This document shows positions 12,103 through 25,600 of a stretch of DNA of 64,000 nt, piece after piece; position 1 is the first letter of the stretch, and each line of letters starts with the position of its first letter. Position numbers and translations under genes: made by a program. The notes beneath the pieces are model-generated. The model was not told the origin of the DNA. It ran no database searches and saw only the letters and a program-made list of their open reading frames with translations. The DNA comes from Malacoraja senta (Eukaryota), in assembly GCA_038087875.1 (NCBI GenBank), contig CM075993.1, positions 682,001-746,000 on the forward strand. Direction: 5' to 3'.

Positions 12103-12587
12103 CTGAGAAAGGGAACAGAGAGGCAACTTTTCAGGCGGGAAGCTTGGAGCTATTTGGTCAGGGAATTAATATCCTTTACACCGGTTGCAAGGCACGACCT
12201 GGAATGCAGCGTCTGAGTCAAGCTGCAGAAATCTCAGCTACGCTGAGAAGAGACACGGAGATTTGAATGGCCCAATAAGACACTTTAAACATTAGATTGT
12301 ACATGGCTCCTCCCATACTTCAGATATGTTGAAGTTGAAGAGTCACGGTGACACAGCACACAAACCTGCCCCTGCAGATATTCAATGATTCCATTTACCA
12401 TCACATCTACACCATGGTGACTCAAGTGTTCATCCAGTTACTTGTTTAATGTTGAGAGCCTCTGCCTCCAACAACCCCCTCAAGCTACATACTCCAGACT
12501 CCAACCACCCTCAATGAAAAAGGTCTCCCTTAGAGCTCCTCTAAATGTTACACTTTATTCTAAACCCATGCACACTAGTTTTAGGTA

Positions 12588-14101
12588 CAGTGCATTCAGA
12601 AAGTAAGCAGACCCCTTCACTTTTTCCACATTTTGTTACGTTACATTCTAAAATGGATTAAATTCTTTTTTTTTTTTTTAAACAATCTACACATAATACC
12701 CCATAATAAAAAAGCGAAAGCAGGTGTTTAGTAATGTTTGCCGTCATTAAAAAGAAATAACTGAAATATCACATTTATATAAGTATTCAGACCCTTTTAC
12801 TCAGTACTTTGTTGAGGCACCTTTGGCAGCGATTACAGCCTCAAGTCTACTTGGGTATGACGCTACAAGCTTGGCACACCTGTATTTGGGTAATTTCTCC
12901 CATTCTTCTCTGCAGATCCTCTCAAGCTCTGTCAGGTTGGATGGGGAGCATCGATGCACAGCTATTCTCAGGTCCCTCCAGAGATGTTCTATCGGGTTCA
13001 AGTCCGGGCTCTGGCTGGGTCACTCAAGGACATTCAGACTTGTTACGAAGCCACTCCTGCGATGTCTTGGCTGTGTGCTTAGGGTCGTTGTCCTGTTGGA
13101 AGGTGAACCTCTGCCCCAGTCTGAGGTCCAGAACGCTCTGGAGCAGGTTATCATCAAGGATCTCTCTGTACTTTGCTCCATTCATCTTTCCTCGATCTTG
13201 ACTAGTCTCCCAGTTCCTGCTGCTGAAAAACATCCCCACATCATGATGCTGCCACCACCATGCTTCACCGTAGGTATGATATTGGCCAGGTGATGAGAGG
13301 TGCCTGGTTTCCTCCAGACGTGACACATGGCATTCAGGCCAAAGAGTTCAATCTTGGTTTCATCAGACCAGAGAATCTTGTTTCTCATGCCTTTTGGCAA
13401 ACTCCAAGCAGGCTGTCATGTACCTTTTACTGAAGAGTGGCTTCCGTCTGGCCACCCTACCATAAAGGCCTGATTGGTGGAGTGCTGCAGATATAGTTGT
13501 CCTTCTGGACGGTTCTCCCATCTCCACAGAGGAACTCTGGAACTCTGTCAGAGTGACCATCAGGTTCTTGGTCACCTCCCTGACAAGGCCCTTCTCCCGA
13601 TTGCTCAGTTTTATGAGGAGTCCTGGTGGTCCCAAAGTTCTTCCATTTAAGAATTACGGAGGCCATTGTGCTCTTCGGGACCTGCAATGCTGCAGAAATA
13701 GTTTTATACCCTTCCCCAGATCTGTGTCTTGACACAATCCTGTCTTGGAGGTTTACGGACAATTCCTTTGACTTCATGGCTTGGTTTTTGCTCTGACATA
13801 CACTGTCACCTGTGGGACCTTATATAGACAGGTGTGTGCATTTCCAAATCATGTCCAATCAATTTAATTTACCACTGATGGACTCCAATCAAGTTGTAGA
13901 AACATCTCAAGGATAATCAATGGAAACAGGATGAACCTAAGCTCAATTTTGAGTGTCATAGCAAAGGGTCTGAATAATTATGTAAATGTGATATTTCAGT
14001 TAATTTCTTTTTAATTACTTTGTAAAAACACATTTTTAAAGGCTGTAACATAACAAAATGTGGAAAAAGTGAAGGGGTCTGAATACTTTCTGAATGCACT
14101 G
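12588..14101 (-). mobile_element. Tc1-family DNA transposon, frameshifted transposase, copy B
   Basis: TA|cagtgcattcagaaagta...tactttctgaatgcactg|TA; fragments [35 protein letters not shown]. Confidence 0.96.
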
Positions 14102-14753
14102 TATTCAGAAGTCTAATATTTAGGAGGAAGACATATTAGTCTTTTTTCCTACCTTGACATCTTCAAATACTATTTGCAATGGCTTAAGGATTTTATTTTG
14201 CATTCTAAGGTTAATGATAAATTAAAATTCAGTAAAATTAGAAAACATTATTTTCTTTCTTTGTCAAAAGTACATTTATTGGGTTTAAAGTTTCACTGTG
14301 AAGGGCCTGTGGCTGTGTTGTAATTTTCCATGTTCTGTGTTAACACAAACATCGAATATGATGCACAGAAGTTATGCTAAACTGAATTTCAAATGATAGG
14401 TTATTAACAAGCAAACTAAATGTATAAGACATATCCCACATTAACAAAAAAAGTTGATGTTAAACAGCTCAGTTTTCCTAATGGAAATAATTGAAATTAA
14501 AAAAACAATATTAAAAGATTAAGTGTAAAACTGCCAGTGACATATGACAAAATCATGAAACTGTGAGCAACAATTGTTCCCCTTCTTGGCAAACTGACAG
14601 GGACCTCTACTGAAGGACCTCGGGCAGGGTAAACACACTTACAGATGCCCCTGCACCTCAGATTTAGACCAAATAGATCATAAGACATAGGAGTAGAATT
14701 AGGCCATTTGACCCAATAAGTCTACATCGAGTCCATCATTGATGTCAACCCAC

Positions 14754-14866
14754 CTGTACTTGTCTTGCACTTTTTGTTTGATGTCCTGCAAGGAGTCCTG
14801 GGATATGTCCCTCTCCAGATAGCCAGACAGCACTTCTGTTGCATTCTCCAAGTCTGCCTGATTGTT
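14754..14866 (-). CDS. ARIH1: ARIH1 exon 13 ([38 protein letters not shown])
   Basis: 113 nt, cag/gtggg. Confidence 0.97.
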
Positions 14867-17099
14867 CTGTGGGAGAGAAGCACACGTTTTCCAGATCAAG
14901 TATCCCTGCAATGACGTCAGTATTCTGATCCTGCCAGGTGATTGTAATAACAAATTAAACTTCCTCCTATTGCCAAACTACGGAGTTCTTAATCCTTCTG
15001 GCATGTACCACCAGATTCAGAAATAGCTTCTTCCCCTCTGTTATCAGATGACTGAACAGTCCTCCCATAAGCTAGGGTGTAGTCCTGATCTTCCAACCTA
15101 CCTTATTGTGGACCTTGCACTTTTCCCCTGTAACAGCAACGCTACAATGCTGCAGCACGATATTCTTGCACTAGCTGTTATACGTGCAAGGCTAGATTGT
15201 GTCCACGTATACTTTGATTCAACTGCATAGCATGCAAACGAAGCTTTTCACGGTATCTCTGTACCCAACACAATAATAAACCAATACTTTACAGTAGGAT
15301 GGCGGGTTTAGACGTGTTCAAAACCTTGTGTTGGAGATGTGGGCCGTAGGAGACCCTGCAGCAGCCTGGGGCTCACTTAGATCAGGCATCGTTGCAAGTG
15401 GCTGGGTGGGCATTACACGGCCTACAGCGGCATGGAGCGGCTGTGGGTAACGACAATATTGCCTGGCAGGCTGACTCCTGCAACTCTGACAGTGTCGCCG
15501 CCATCTTACACGCTTGTACTTGAGTCTTGTGTCTATGTATAGCAAGATATTTACTGAACGGTATATAAAAGGAGTTTCAGTGTATAAGTACCACTGCGTA
15601 CAAGTACCATTGTAACACTAGATAATTTGGTGGCCCATGACATGGTCCACATTTTTGCTGATTAAACTGCAAAGTTGAACATTTGCAGACACCTCTTGGT
15701 TAGTTTCTCCATTCTTCTCTCCCTACCATACCACGATCCACCTATCACTTGCCAGCTCAATCCACACCCCTTCCCCTCACCTCTTTCTACCAGCTACCTC
15801 CCCTCTATTCCATCAGTCTGAACAAAAAATGTTAGCTGTCCATTTTCTTCCACCAATGATACTTGACCCACCAAGTTCCTCCAGCAATTTGCTTTTTGCT
15901 CCAATGCAAAGTAACTTTTAATTGTATTGTGTGGGTCACAGGATGGAGTGGCTATGAATAGAGACACGTCAATCAGCTCAAAGATGAAAGTTCAGCTGAT
16001 AAGATTACGCTGTTTCTTTCACTCTTTGGTAATGAGATAAGAACGTATAGCAATCTACACAAGTTCCAGGTTTACAGCATTTAATGAATAGTTTTCAGAA
16101 TCTGGCAACATCAGAGATGAGCATTTCATCTTCGTATTGGCCATCTCAAGGGGTGACAGCAGGCAGAAACTGTATCTGCAATGGAACAAAAGCAAAGTAC
16201 TCCAGATGCTGGGAATATACTGTAGATCAGGCTGCATCAATGGAGTGAGATATCATTAACACTTCAGGTGAAGAAAGGTAAAGTCTGAATCTTTAACTTG
16301 CTCTCTCTCCACTTGCTAGATCTTGCAAAGTGGGGATATGTGACATTCTCACCCAACTCTGACAGCTAGAGCATGCTAGTATTGGACAGAGATCTTTCTA
16401 AACATCGTTTGTGGAGCTGGGACATTGTGGAGGAACCAATTTTAATTCTAAAGGGATATCAATGAGGGAAAATATCCCATCTATATCTGGGCATGGATTT
16501 AACAGCGTCTTTGGATAAAGTTCATGAGCACAAGTCCTGCTAAAATGTAAATCACTTCTCATAACAGCAACTCAGTGCATTGCAAGGTCACCCACAAGGT
16601 GGATGTCAGATGATTATTCCTCAGTCGCATTTACACACAGCGGTCATACCTATCAATTCCCAAAACCACAGTGGTTGCCATGGAATGACATACAATATTA
16701 CATGGTTTGTTGATGGGGACAGGCCAAAATGAGAAACTAGACTTTAGGTTCTCTGGAAGCTAGGCCGGTTCTCTGGATGCTTTCAAGAGAGAGTTAGATA
16801 GAGATCTTAAAGATAGCGGAGTTAGGGGATATGGGGAGAAGGCAGGAACTGGGTACTGATTGTGGATGATCAGCCAAGATCACATTGAATGGCTCGAAGG
16901 GCCCAATGGCCTCCTCCTGCACCTATTGTCTATTGTCTAAATAGAGGCACAGATACAAGACAAAGGAAGTCACAGTCAACATGTAGAACACAATGGTTCA
17001 GCCAGAACAAGAGAACTGCCTTCAGTTAAGGGTGTCACATTTAGGAATAATTTTAATGTTTTAGGAAGGATACAAGAGGTTTACTGAAATAATTCCAGA

Positions 17100-18015
17100 G
17101 AAGACCTTCATTATTTGGAGAGACTGGAGAAGCTGGGGCAGATAGGTGGCAGGGCAGGTAGTGTTGAGGAAACATGGAGTCTGCAGAGGACTTGGACAGG
17201 TTGGAAGGGGTAAAGAAGTGGCAAATTAAATACAGTATTGCAAAGTGTGCATTCATGCACGTTGGTAGAAAGAATAACGGTGTAGACGATTTTCTAAATG
17301 GGGAGAGGATTCAGATATCGGAGGTGCAAAGAGACTGGGTAGTGGTGGTGCAGGATTCGCAAAAGGTTCATTTGCAAGTTGAATCAATAGTAAGGAAGAC
17401 AAAAGCAATGGTAGATTTCATTTTGAGGACTATAATATAAAATCAAGGATGCAATACTGATGCTTTATAAGGCACTGGTCAGATTACATTTGTAATATTG
17501 TGAGCAGTTTTTGGCTCTATACCCAAGGAAGTATGGGGCTGGAGTTGAAGAGAGTCCAGAATGATCCTGGGGATGAATGGGTTAACGTATTAGGAGCGTT
17601 TGATGGCTCTGGGCCTGTACTTGCTGGAGTTTAAAACGATGAGGAGGGGCGGGGGGGATCTCATTGAAACCTACCGAATAATGAAAGGCCTGGATAGAGT
17701 GGATGTGGAGAGGATGTTTCCACTACTGGGAGAGTCTGGGACCCAGACGGCACAGCTTCAGAATAAAGGACATATCTTTGGAATGGGGAAGGTGACATTT
17801 CTTTAGCCAGGGGGTGGTGAATCTGTGGAATTCATTGCCACAGGTGGCTGTGGAGGCCAAGTTATTGCATAGTTTTTTAAAGGGAGATTAACAGGTTCTT
17901 GATTAGTAAGAGGGTGAATGATTATAGGGATAAGGCAGAATGGGCTTGAGGGGAAAACAATAGGTCAACCAGAGTAGACTCAATGTGCCAAATGGCCTAA
18001 TTCTACTATGTCTTA
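17100..18015 (+). mobile_element. Degenerate CR1 LINE 3' fragment
   Basis: DLDRLE..W..KC..MHVGRKN and GDLIETYRIMKGLDRVD motifs; CR1-like tail aatggcctaattctact. Confidence 0.85.
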
Positions 18016-19767
18016 TAATAATAATAATAATAATAGATTTTATTTATATAGCGCTTTTCAGGACTCAAAGTCGCTTTACAATTGAGAGTCAGGAATAAAC
18101 AAAACAAAATAGAGCAGTAAGACAGAGGGGAGGGGAACATGGGACTAAGGGTATGCAGAGGTGACCGAGATGGCAAGAGAATCTGCTAGAAAACAATCAG
18201 GGCCACCCAGTTTGAGGACAGTGGTGGGACAGGTATGCCCTGAAGAATCATAGAATGGTTGCCACACATTTAGTCCAATTGTTTTACAAAATATATAGAG
18301 AGGACCTGTAATTATAGGCAGAAGGATCTAAAAGCAATGATGGAGAAGGAAGTCGATTGGTAGAGTGACCTGAGGAGGAACATATTTTAGGTAACCAATG
18401 GTTGTGGTTTGGACTGCACTGCTGGGGGTAGCAGTGGAGGCACATTCAACTGAAGCATCTACACAGAGCTGGATAAGTATCTGAAGGAAAAGGATTTGTG
18501 GTCTACGTGCAGAGGCGTGTGGATTAAGACAAAACGGATTGGCTACGAGTAGGGCCAATCTATAGTCAATGGGCCAAATAGTTTCCTGCCATATGGTACC
18601 AAATCTGGTGGTCCCACAAACCAGATGAATGCTTTGCTTAAATGCCTGTCAAGATTCTAGCATCAAGATCAGAATACAAAATCTCATACATCTAGATAGC
18701 TCTGCTACAAAAGAATAATTGTGATCCTAAGAAACCTTGAATTATAGAAAATAGTGTTATAACAAGAATAGTGCTGACGAGAAATAGGGTTAGGAGCAAG
18801 AGTGTTTCAGACTTGCAATAACAAAGATCATTTTCCTCACAGGATTTTCAAAACTAAAGGTATTTTTAATAGTTCTGAGTTTATTTGTGTTACTGTAAGC
18901 TAAAAATACTAAAGGCTGCATATAACATTGTTTAATAGAATATCTTCACACAAGTGTCAATGGAAGCAAATGCTTGTCAATTTCAACGGGCACCTGCAAG
19001 TATTCTTAAGATACAATGAAGTCTGATTACTGCAGGGTGGTTACATAGAAACAGTTGAGCTTCCACAAGATGATTTTTTTCTCCAAAAACATATTTTTTT
19101 CTGCTTGTCTATTTCCAATGTAACTCTAGTGGCACTTTGGTTCCTGATCAAAATCAGGTTACAACCCATTCAGCCTGTGTAAAACAAATAGTTTTCCCAA
19201 TTCATCCATTGTTGATTATATCCAATTTGCATGTTGGAAAGCTTGATCATAGCAGAACTACATGTACTGAAAATATTCAAAATAGACCTGCCATGGTTGT
19301 GATCATAAGATTGGCTCAAAGGACACGAGTAAAATGATCAATGGATATCTGGGTCAATGGGGTAACTCTGAAAAATAAATGTTGTGACCTAAAATGGAGA
19401 GAGCAACGCAATTTCTGCACCAGAAAATCAGGGGGAGAAAGGTGGTCAGAATGGCTTTGTAATACAGTAATAGAAGGTATTTATAAATGCTCTTTAATCC
19501 CAATGGGTCTTGTTGGTATAGTATGATCTTTGAATGAATGGAAGGAGGACTAACTTATGTTGAATCTGATGCATATTTTCCATTAGCTCCTATTGCCACT
19601 CCTCTATCGACAGAACCATTGTCCACATTCAACTTGAATTTCAAAATAGTCAAGCTGTCCCTGAAAATGTTTAATTGGATCAAAACATTTACTTGTATCA
19701 ATCATTCGCAGGTTTGTTAAAAGGCTCAGACAGAGTGATTTGAACCCTTCTGTGGAAAGGGGCATAC

Positions 19768-20028
19768 CTCAAAGATAATGGACTGGTTGTTCTTTCTGAG
19801 GTAGAAAGCAAAGACGTAAGTGTACATTAGTGTGGCGCGGCACTGGCAGAGGACATCCACAGCTTTCTTCAGGAATTGCACCTCAATCCAAGACATGTTG
19901 TGTTGTTGCATCTCTTCCATCTTCTGCTTGACTTGAGCGTAGAGCTTGTGCTCAAATCGCAGACTTTGCATGTGGTTCATGTAGCGGTTGCAGTAGAAGA
20001 GGTATCGCTGGAGAGCCGCTCGTGAACG
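19768..20028 (-). CDS. ARIH1: ARIH1 exon 12, Ariadne domain (RSRAALQRY...NNQSIIFE)
   Basis: 261 nt, cag/gtatg. Confidence 0.98.
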
Positions 20029-20329
20029 CTGCCAAAGAAACATACAGCAGAGAAACTCAGCTGCTGGGAATGGTTATACATTTCATTTGCCATTATTTTT
20101 CTATCATCACATGCGTGCAGCCAAGTAAACCAACTTATACTTCTGCACTTATCTTTCTACTTTGCATAGGTAGATTTCCAATTAAGAGTAATGATCTTAA
20201 GTATTTCAACAGAAATTAGAGCAAGGCGATAAGCAAATGCTATTCATTAGGTACCATCCACAATGTGTCAGCAGCTTTACTCTCACTTAGTTGGAATATG
20301 AAGAATGGTAATCGATATCAAAACGCTGG

Positions 20330-20515
20330 AGTTGCTGGGAAACCTGAAATAAAAACAGAAAATGCTGTAAATACTCAGCGGTCAGGTCACATCTATGGGA
20401 AGAGAAACAGTTAACGTTTCAGTTCTGATGAAGGGTCTTAAACCTGAAACATTGGCTGTTTCTCTTTCCATCAATGCAGCCTGACCTGCTGAGTACTTTC
20501 AGCATTGTCTGTTTT
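20330..20515. mobile_element. Fold-back element of an older subfamily, hammerhead-like core starting at 20425
   Basis: Inverted arms flank ctgatgaagggtcttaaacctgaaacatt. Confidence 0.7.
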
Positions 20516-21301
20516 CCATTGTATATTGTGAATGAAGAGCAGTAAACCCTTTACCTCTTGCAACATGTCCTTACATCACGATTACTACAACAACTATTTC
20601 AAAGCTCTGCTGTTACAAGGATGACATTTGAAGCTTGTGATGTCAATAGATTTCAAGCTACCGACAAAATAATCTTGAAATGATAGACAGAAGTCTATTT
20701 ACACAAATATACACTCAGTGTTACACCAATATTTAAGTTTGTACATTCCTAGAAACACATACTTCCAAGTTCATGTGCGTAAACAAAACTGACCAGAAAC
20801 AGACTGGTTCAGCGATGGCAAATGAGAAAGCCATGATGAAGACCTGATAGATATTTCAGCATTTGAAGATGACCTACTGCAATGGCCTTGATAGAAGCTG
20901 ATGGGCAATAATTACCAGCAATACCCACAACTCAAGAATTATAATCCAAACCAAGTGGTGACGGCCAAAAGTTGCATTTGGATGAAAAGTTGTATGTTTA
21001 TCCATCAGGTAGGTGGCTGTAGACATGTCTTGGCATACTCGCGGAGCTGAGGGCACACACAATGGCTTGTCCAACGTTCTTTCCCCAATAGCGTTCTCTA
21101 ATGCAGGGCGAATGGTATCTGTGGCAGGTATTTACTTATACATCAAACCAAAAATTGGAATGACAATTGGGTTGTTAATAGGAGGTAGAGGGTGATAACT
21201 GAGGGGTATTTTTGTGACTGGAAACATGTGACCAGTGATGCAGCATAGCAGTCAGTGCCGGTACCCTTGCTGCTGTGAAGTACATCGAAAGTATTTATGT
21301 A

Positions 21302-21989
21302 CAGAAAACCCTCATTTTAACGGACCTCTTTATAATGGATTTTGGTTTTAGCGGACCGAATCTGTTGCAGACCAAGTTCATTGTTTCACGGAATAACCAC
21401 TAGGTAGATGGAGTAAATGGGGTTTTTGAACCATTTTCGTTTAGCTTAGTTTAGAGATACAGCATAGAAACATCGAGTCAGCGGCGACCAGCAATCAACT
21501 GCAATGGTTCTATCATTCCTCCCGTATTGCAACGGCACAGACATTGTGACAGCGTGGGTTTCCTCTGGGCACCCAGCCCCACCCCCACAGCAACGACATG
21601 CAGGCCTGTAGCCCAAGTGCCCTCAGCGAGCTGCGCAAACCACCGGCAGTCGCCACCCCATTGCGCCAGTGACCCGCCCCTCCGGGCACATCAGCTCCAC
21701 CCCACACACCAGGGACAACTCAGTGTAGGATAGAGCCGCTGCACTGGAGCACCCAGGAAGAAACCCACGCTGCCACAGGGAGCACCCAAGGTCAGGATGG
21801 AACTCAGGTCTCTGGTGCTGTGAGGTAGCAACTGTACCGTTGTACCGCCGTGCTGTCCCAGGGTACACCCTGCGTGGTGTATGTTTATTGGCTGTTTTTC
21901 CAATAGTACTGTACAAATTAACCCCCTTATTCGGCTATAGTGGACAATCAGTAAGACACCGTGTGGTCTGTTATAGCAGGGGTTTACCG
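21302..21989. mobile_element. Tigger/pogo-like MITE nested in a CR1 fragment and containing SINE pieces
   Basis: TA|cagaaaaccctcattttaacggacc ... ggtctgttatagcaggggtttaccg|TA imperfect TIRs. Confidence 0.7.
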
Positions 21990-22491
21990 TATTCATATTT
22001 GGATATGAATGTAGAAGTTTGCAGGTGACACAAACGTTGGTGTTGTTGCTCGAGAGGAGGATACAGGATGACATTGATCAGTTTTGTTACGATGGACAAA
22101 GCAATGGCTGATAGAATTTAATCATGATAAATGTGAGGGGATGTACGGCAAGGTCAAACAATGAATGGTGGAACCCGAGAGAATGGAGACACAAAGGTTG
22201 TGAGTGTACAACTGCAAGGGTCTTTAAAGGTTGTAACACCAATGTAAGGGATGCATGCCTTCATCAGTTGGGGCACAGAAGAGCAGGGAGGTTATAATAC
22301 AACTTTATAAAAGACTGGTTGAACAGACTTGCACAGATGGAGCAGTATGTACAATTGTATCTGCCACACTGCAAGAGGGACGTGACTACCCTGGGCAGGT
22401 GCAGGAGATTTAATGCTTCAATAAGAAATATTTCCCCACAACTGCAGAGTTTAGGGGTCTGTGGACTTGCCCACATCCGTGCTCCTTTTAC

Positions 22492-22549
22492 CTCCTGGGC
22501 ATCCCTTGCCGCCTTTGCATCATCTTCATTATAACGATTGCAGTTATAC
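22492..22549 (-). CDS. ARIH1: ARIH1 exon 11 (YNCNRYNEDDAKAARDAQE)
   Basis: 58 nt, cag/gtaaa. Confidence 0.97.
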
Positions 22550-22636
22550 CTGAAAGTAGAGAGGGCCTGACTTAATTTCATTTCAGACTTTACGCAGAAT
22601 GCACAAAACAAACAAAATGATATCTCTTTACTTTCT

Positions 22637-25600
22637 TTTTTTTTCTTCTTTTTTTAAAATTTTTTATTTATTAGAAGTACATTACATTACAACCACATAC
22701 ATTAATACTCGTCATTTATATCTTCTTACAATTAATGTACTCCCTTTATTTATTTTTTTACACTAGAAAAAGAAAAGATTGAAAGAAAGAAGAAAGTGAA
22801 GGAAAAAGTGCAAGTGTAGAAAAGTGTAGAAAATGTAACAACAAAAAAGGACGAAGACCCTATAAGAGCGAAATTAAAAACAAAAAGAAAAAGAGTTAAG
22901 AAATAGGCCCTAAGAAAAGAAAAGAGAAAGAGAAAAAAAGAGAGACAAATGTTTTTTTTTGAGCATCACGTAAATAGGACATACCAACTCTTCAACTATC
23001 ATCCCCCCTTACCCGACCTCAATTTTTTATTTTTTTAAAGTACTTTTGCACCCTATGTTTGTAATAATTCTATAAATGCAGACCACGTCAGGTGGAAGTG
23101 ATCTGGTTTACCTGCTAGGAGGAGTCTTATCTCTTCTAGGTGTAATGTTTCAAACATATTTGAAATCCACATATTTATAGTTGGTATTGGAGCCTTCTTC
23201 CAAAATTTTAGAATTAGCTTTTTTCCAGTTATTAACCCATAGTCCATTAATTTCTTTTGAAACATATTTAGTTCTGGATCATCTTCCGTTATTCCGAAGA
23301 TAATCCATTCTGCTTTGGGTATCAGTCTTGTTTTAAATAACTTTGTAAAGATTTCAAAAATTTCATTCCAAAATTTTTGAATTTTTGTACAGAAGACAAA
23401 TGAGTGCGCTATAGTTGCTTCTTGGGATTGACATTTATCACAAATAGATGATACGTTTGGGAAAATTTTATGAATTTTAGTTTTCGAATAATATAATCTA
23501 TGTAAAATTTTAAATTGTATTAAAGTGTGTCTTACATTAATCGAGCATTTATGCACGTTTAATAAGTATTCATTCCAACTTTCCTTTGAAATTTTAATAG
23601 CTAACTCTTGTTCCCAGTCTCTTCTGATACCCTCCGTAGGTGGTATTTGTACATTTAAAATAATATTATACAAATATGATATTAAGTTTGCTGATTCCGC
23701 TTTTATCTGCATTGCCTCGTCCAATACATCTACTGGATTATTATAATGATATTTTGTATATTTTTTCAAATAGTCGCATATTTGAAAATATTTAAAATAT
23801 TGATTATTTCCGAGTTTATATTTTATTTGTAATTGTTGAAATGAAAGTAATTTTCCAGTTTCATACAAGTCACCAAGCGTTTTAATTCCTAGTCTATCCC
23901 ATTGTGTATAAGCTTTATCTATAATAGAAGGACTAAACGAAGGGTTATTGACTATAGGTAATAAAAGTGATAAGTTTCTTAATTTTAAATTTTGTTTTAT
24001 TTGTTTCCAAATACGGATTGTACTATGAATAATTGGGTTCTTATTATAGTTTATGTTATTCAGTTTCATTGGAGAGAGGAGGATCGCTCCAATGTTTCTA
24101 GAGGAGCAATCCTCTTTCTCCATTACAATCCAGTCTACTTGCTGGGCGGAGTTATCCATCAGTTGAATCATGTTTTTAATATTTACTGACCAATAATAAT
24201 ACATAAAATTAGGTAGTGCTAGACCCCCCAATACTTTAGGTTTATTCAGATGGGTTTTTTGTATTCTATGTGATTTATAGTCCCATATAAAATTAGTGAT
24301 ATCCGAGTCGAGTTTTTTAAAAAACTTCTTAGGTAAGTATATAGGAATTGATTGAAATAGGTATAAAATTTGTGGTAAAAAGATCATTTTTATTGCGTTT
24401 ATTCGGCCTATTAAAGACATCGGGAGCGTTTTCCAGAATTTAATTAATGTATTTAGTTTATTAAGTAGGGGGTCAAAATTTGCCCTGAACATACCTTGAT
24501 ATGTTCTGGTAATTTCGATTCCCAAATATTTAAATTTTTCTGTAGCTATTTTAAAAGGGAATTTTAAAAGATGTGTTGAATCTTTCGGTTTTATTGACAT
24601 AATTTCACTTTTATTCCAATTTATTCTATATCCAGAAAAAGATCCGAAGTCTTCAATTAAATTTAATATATTTGGTATAGTGATTTGAGGTTTTGTAATA
24701 TACAATAATATATCATCCGCGTATAAAGATATTTCATTATACGAGTCTTTAGTATTATATCCATGAATATCAGGGTGTATTCTAATTTTTTCTGCTAACG
24801 GTTCAATAATGAGAGCAAACAGCTGTGGTGATAATGAGCATCCTTGTCTATTTCCCCTTGATAGTTGAAATTTCGAGGATAATATGTTATTAGTAAGTAT
24901 TCTAGCTGTAGGTTTGTTATATAGTAACTTAATCCATAAAATAAAATTCTCTCCCAGTTGAAATTTTTGTAATACTTTATCCATATAATTCCATTCTACT
25001 TGATCAAATGCTTTTTCAGCATCCAGCGAAATAATTGATAATTCTTGATCTTCAGATTTGTGTGAGTGCATTATGTTGAGTAGACGTCTCATATTATTAG
25101 AAGAGTATCTCTTAGGGATAAACCCTGTCTGATCTGGGTTTATTAATTTACTAATGTATTTACTTAATCTTCTAGCTAATGTTTTCGCTAATATTTTTTG
25201 ACCTGTGTTTAACAATGCTATAGCTCTATATGAGCCAGGTTCTTCTAAATCTTTATTTTTCTTAGGTATTAATATAATCGTTGATTCCGCTAATGTATCA
25301 GGTAGTATTCGTTTTTTAAAAGCGTATTGGTACATTTTTTGTAATCTTGGTATTATTTTATCATAAAAGCTTTTATAAAATTCATTAGTAAATCCATCAG
25401 GGCCTGGTGTTTTTCCATTTTTTAATGAGTTTATTGTATCTTCTAATTCCTTAATTGAGATTTGTGCACCCAGTTCCTCTTGTTCCTTCAGCTCTAACTT
25501 TGGAAGATTACAGGTATCCAAGAACTTTGTGATATTATTGGAATCAATTATCGTTTTAGATGTATACAAATTCTCGTAAAATTGCGCAAATCTTTTATTA

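Noticed and set aside
7823-14300. Tc1 plus flank duplication as an assembly artefact
   Set aside because: The copies differ by many substitutions and distinct indels, and the left flanks are unrelated
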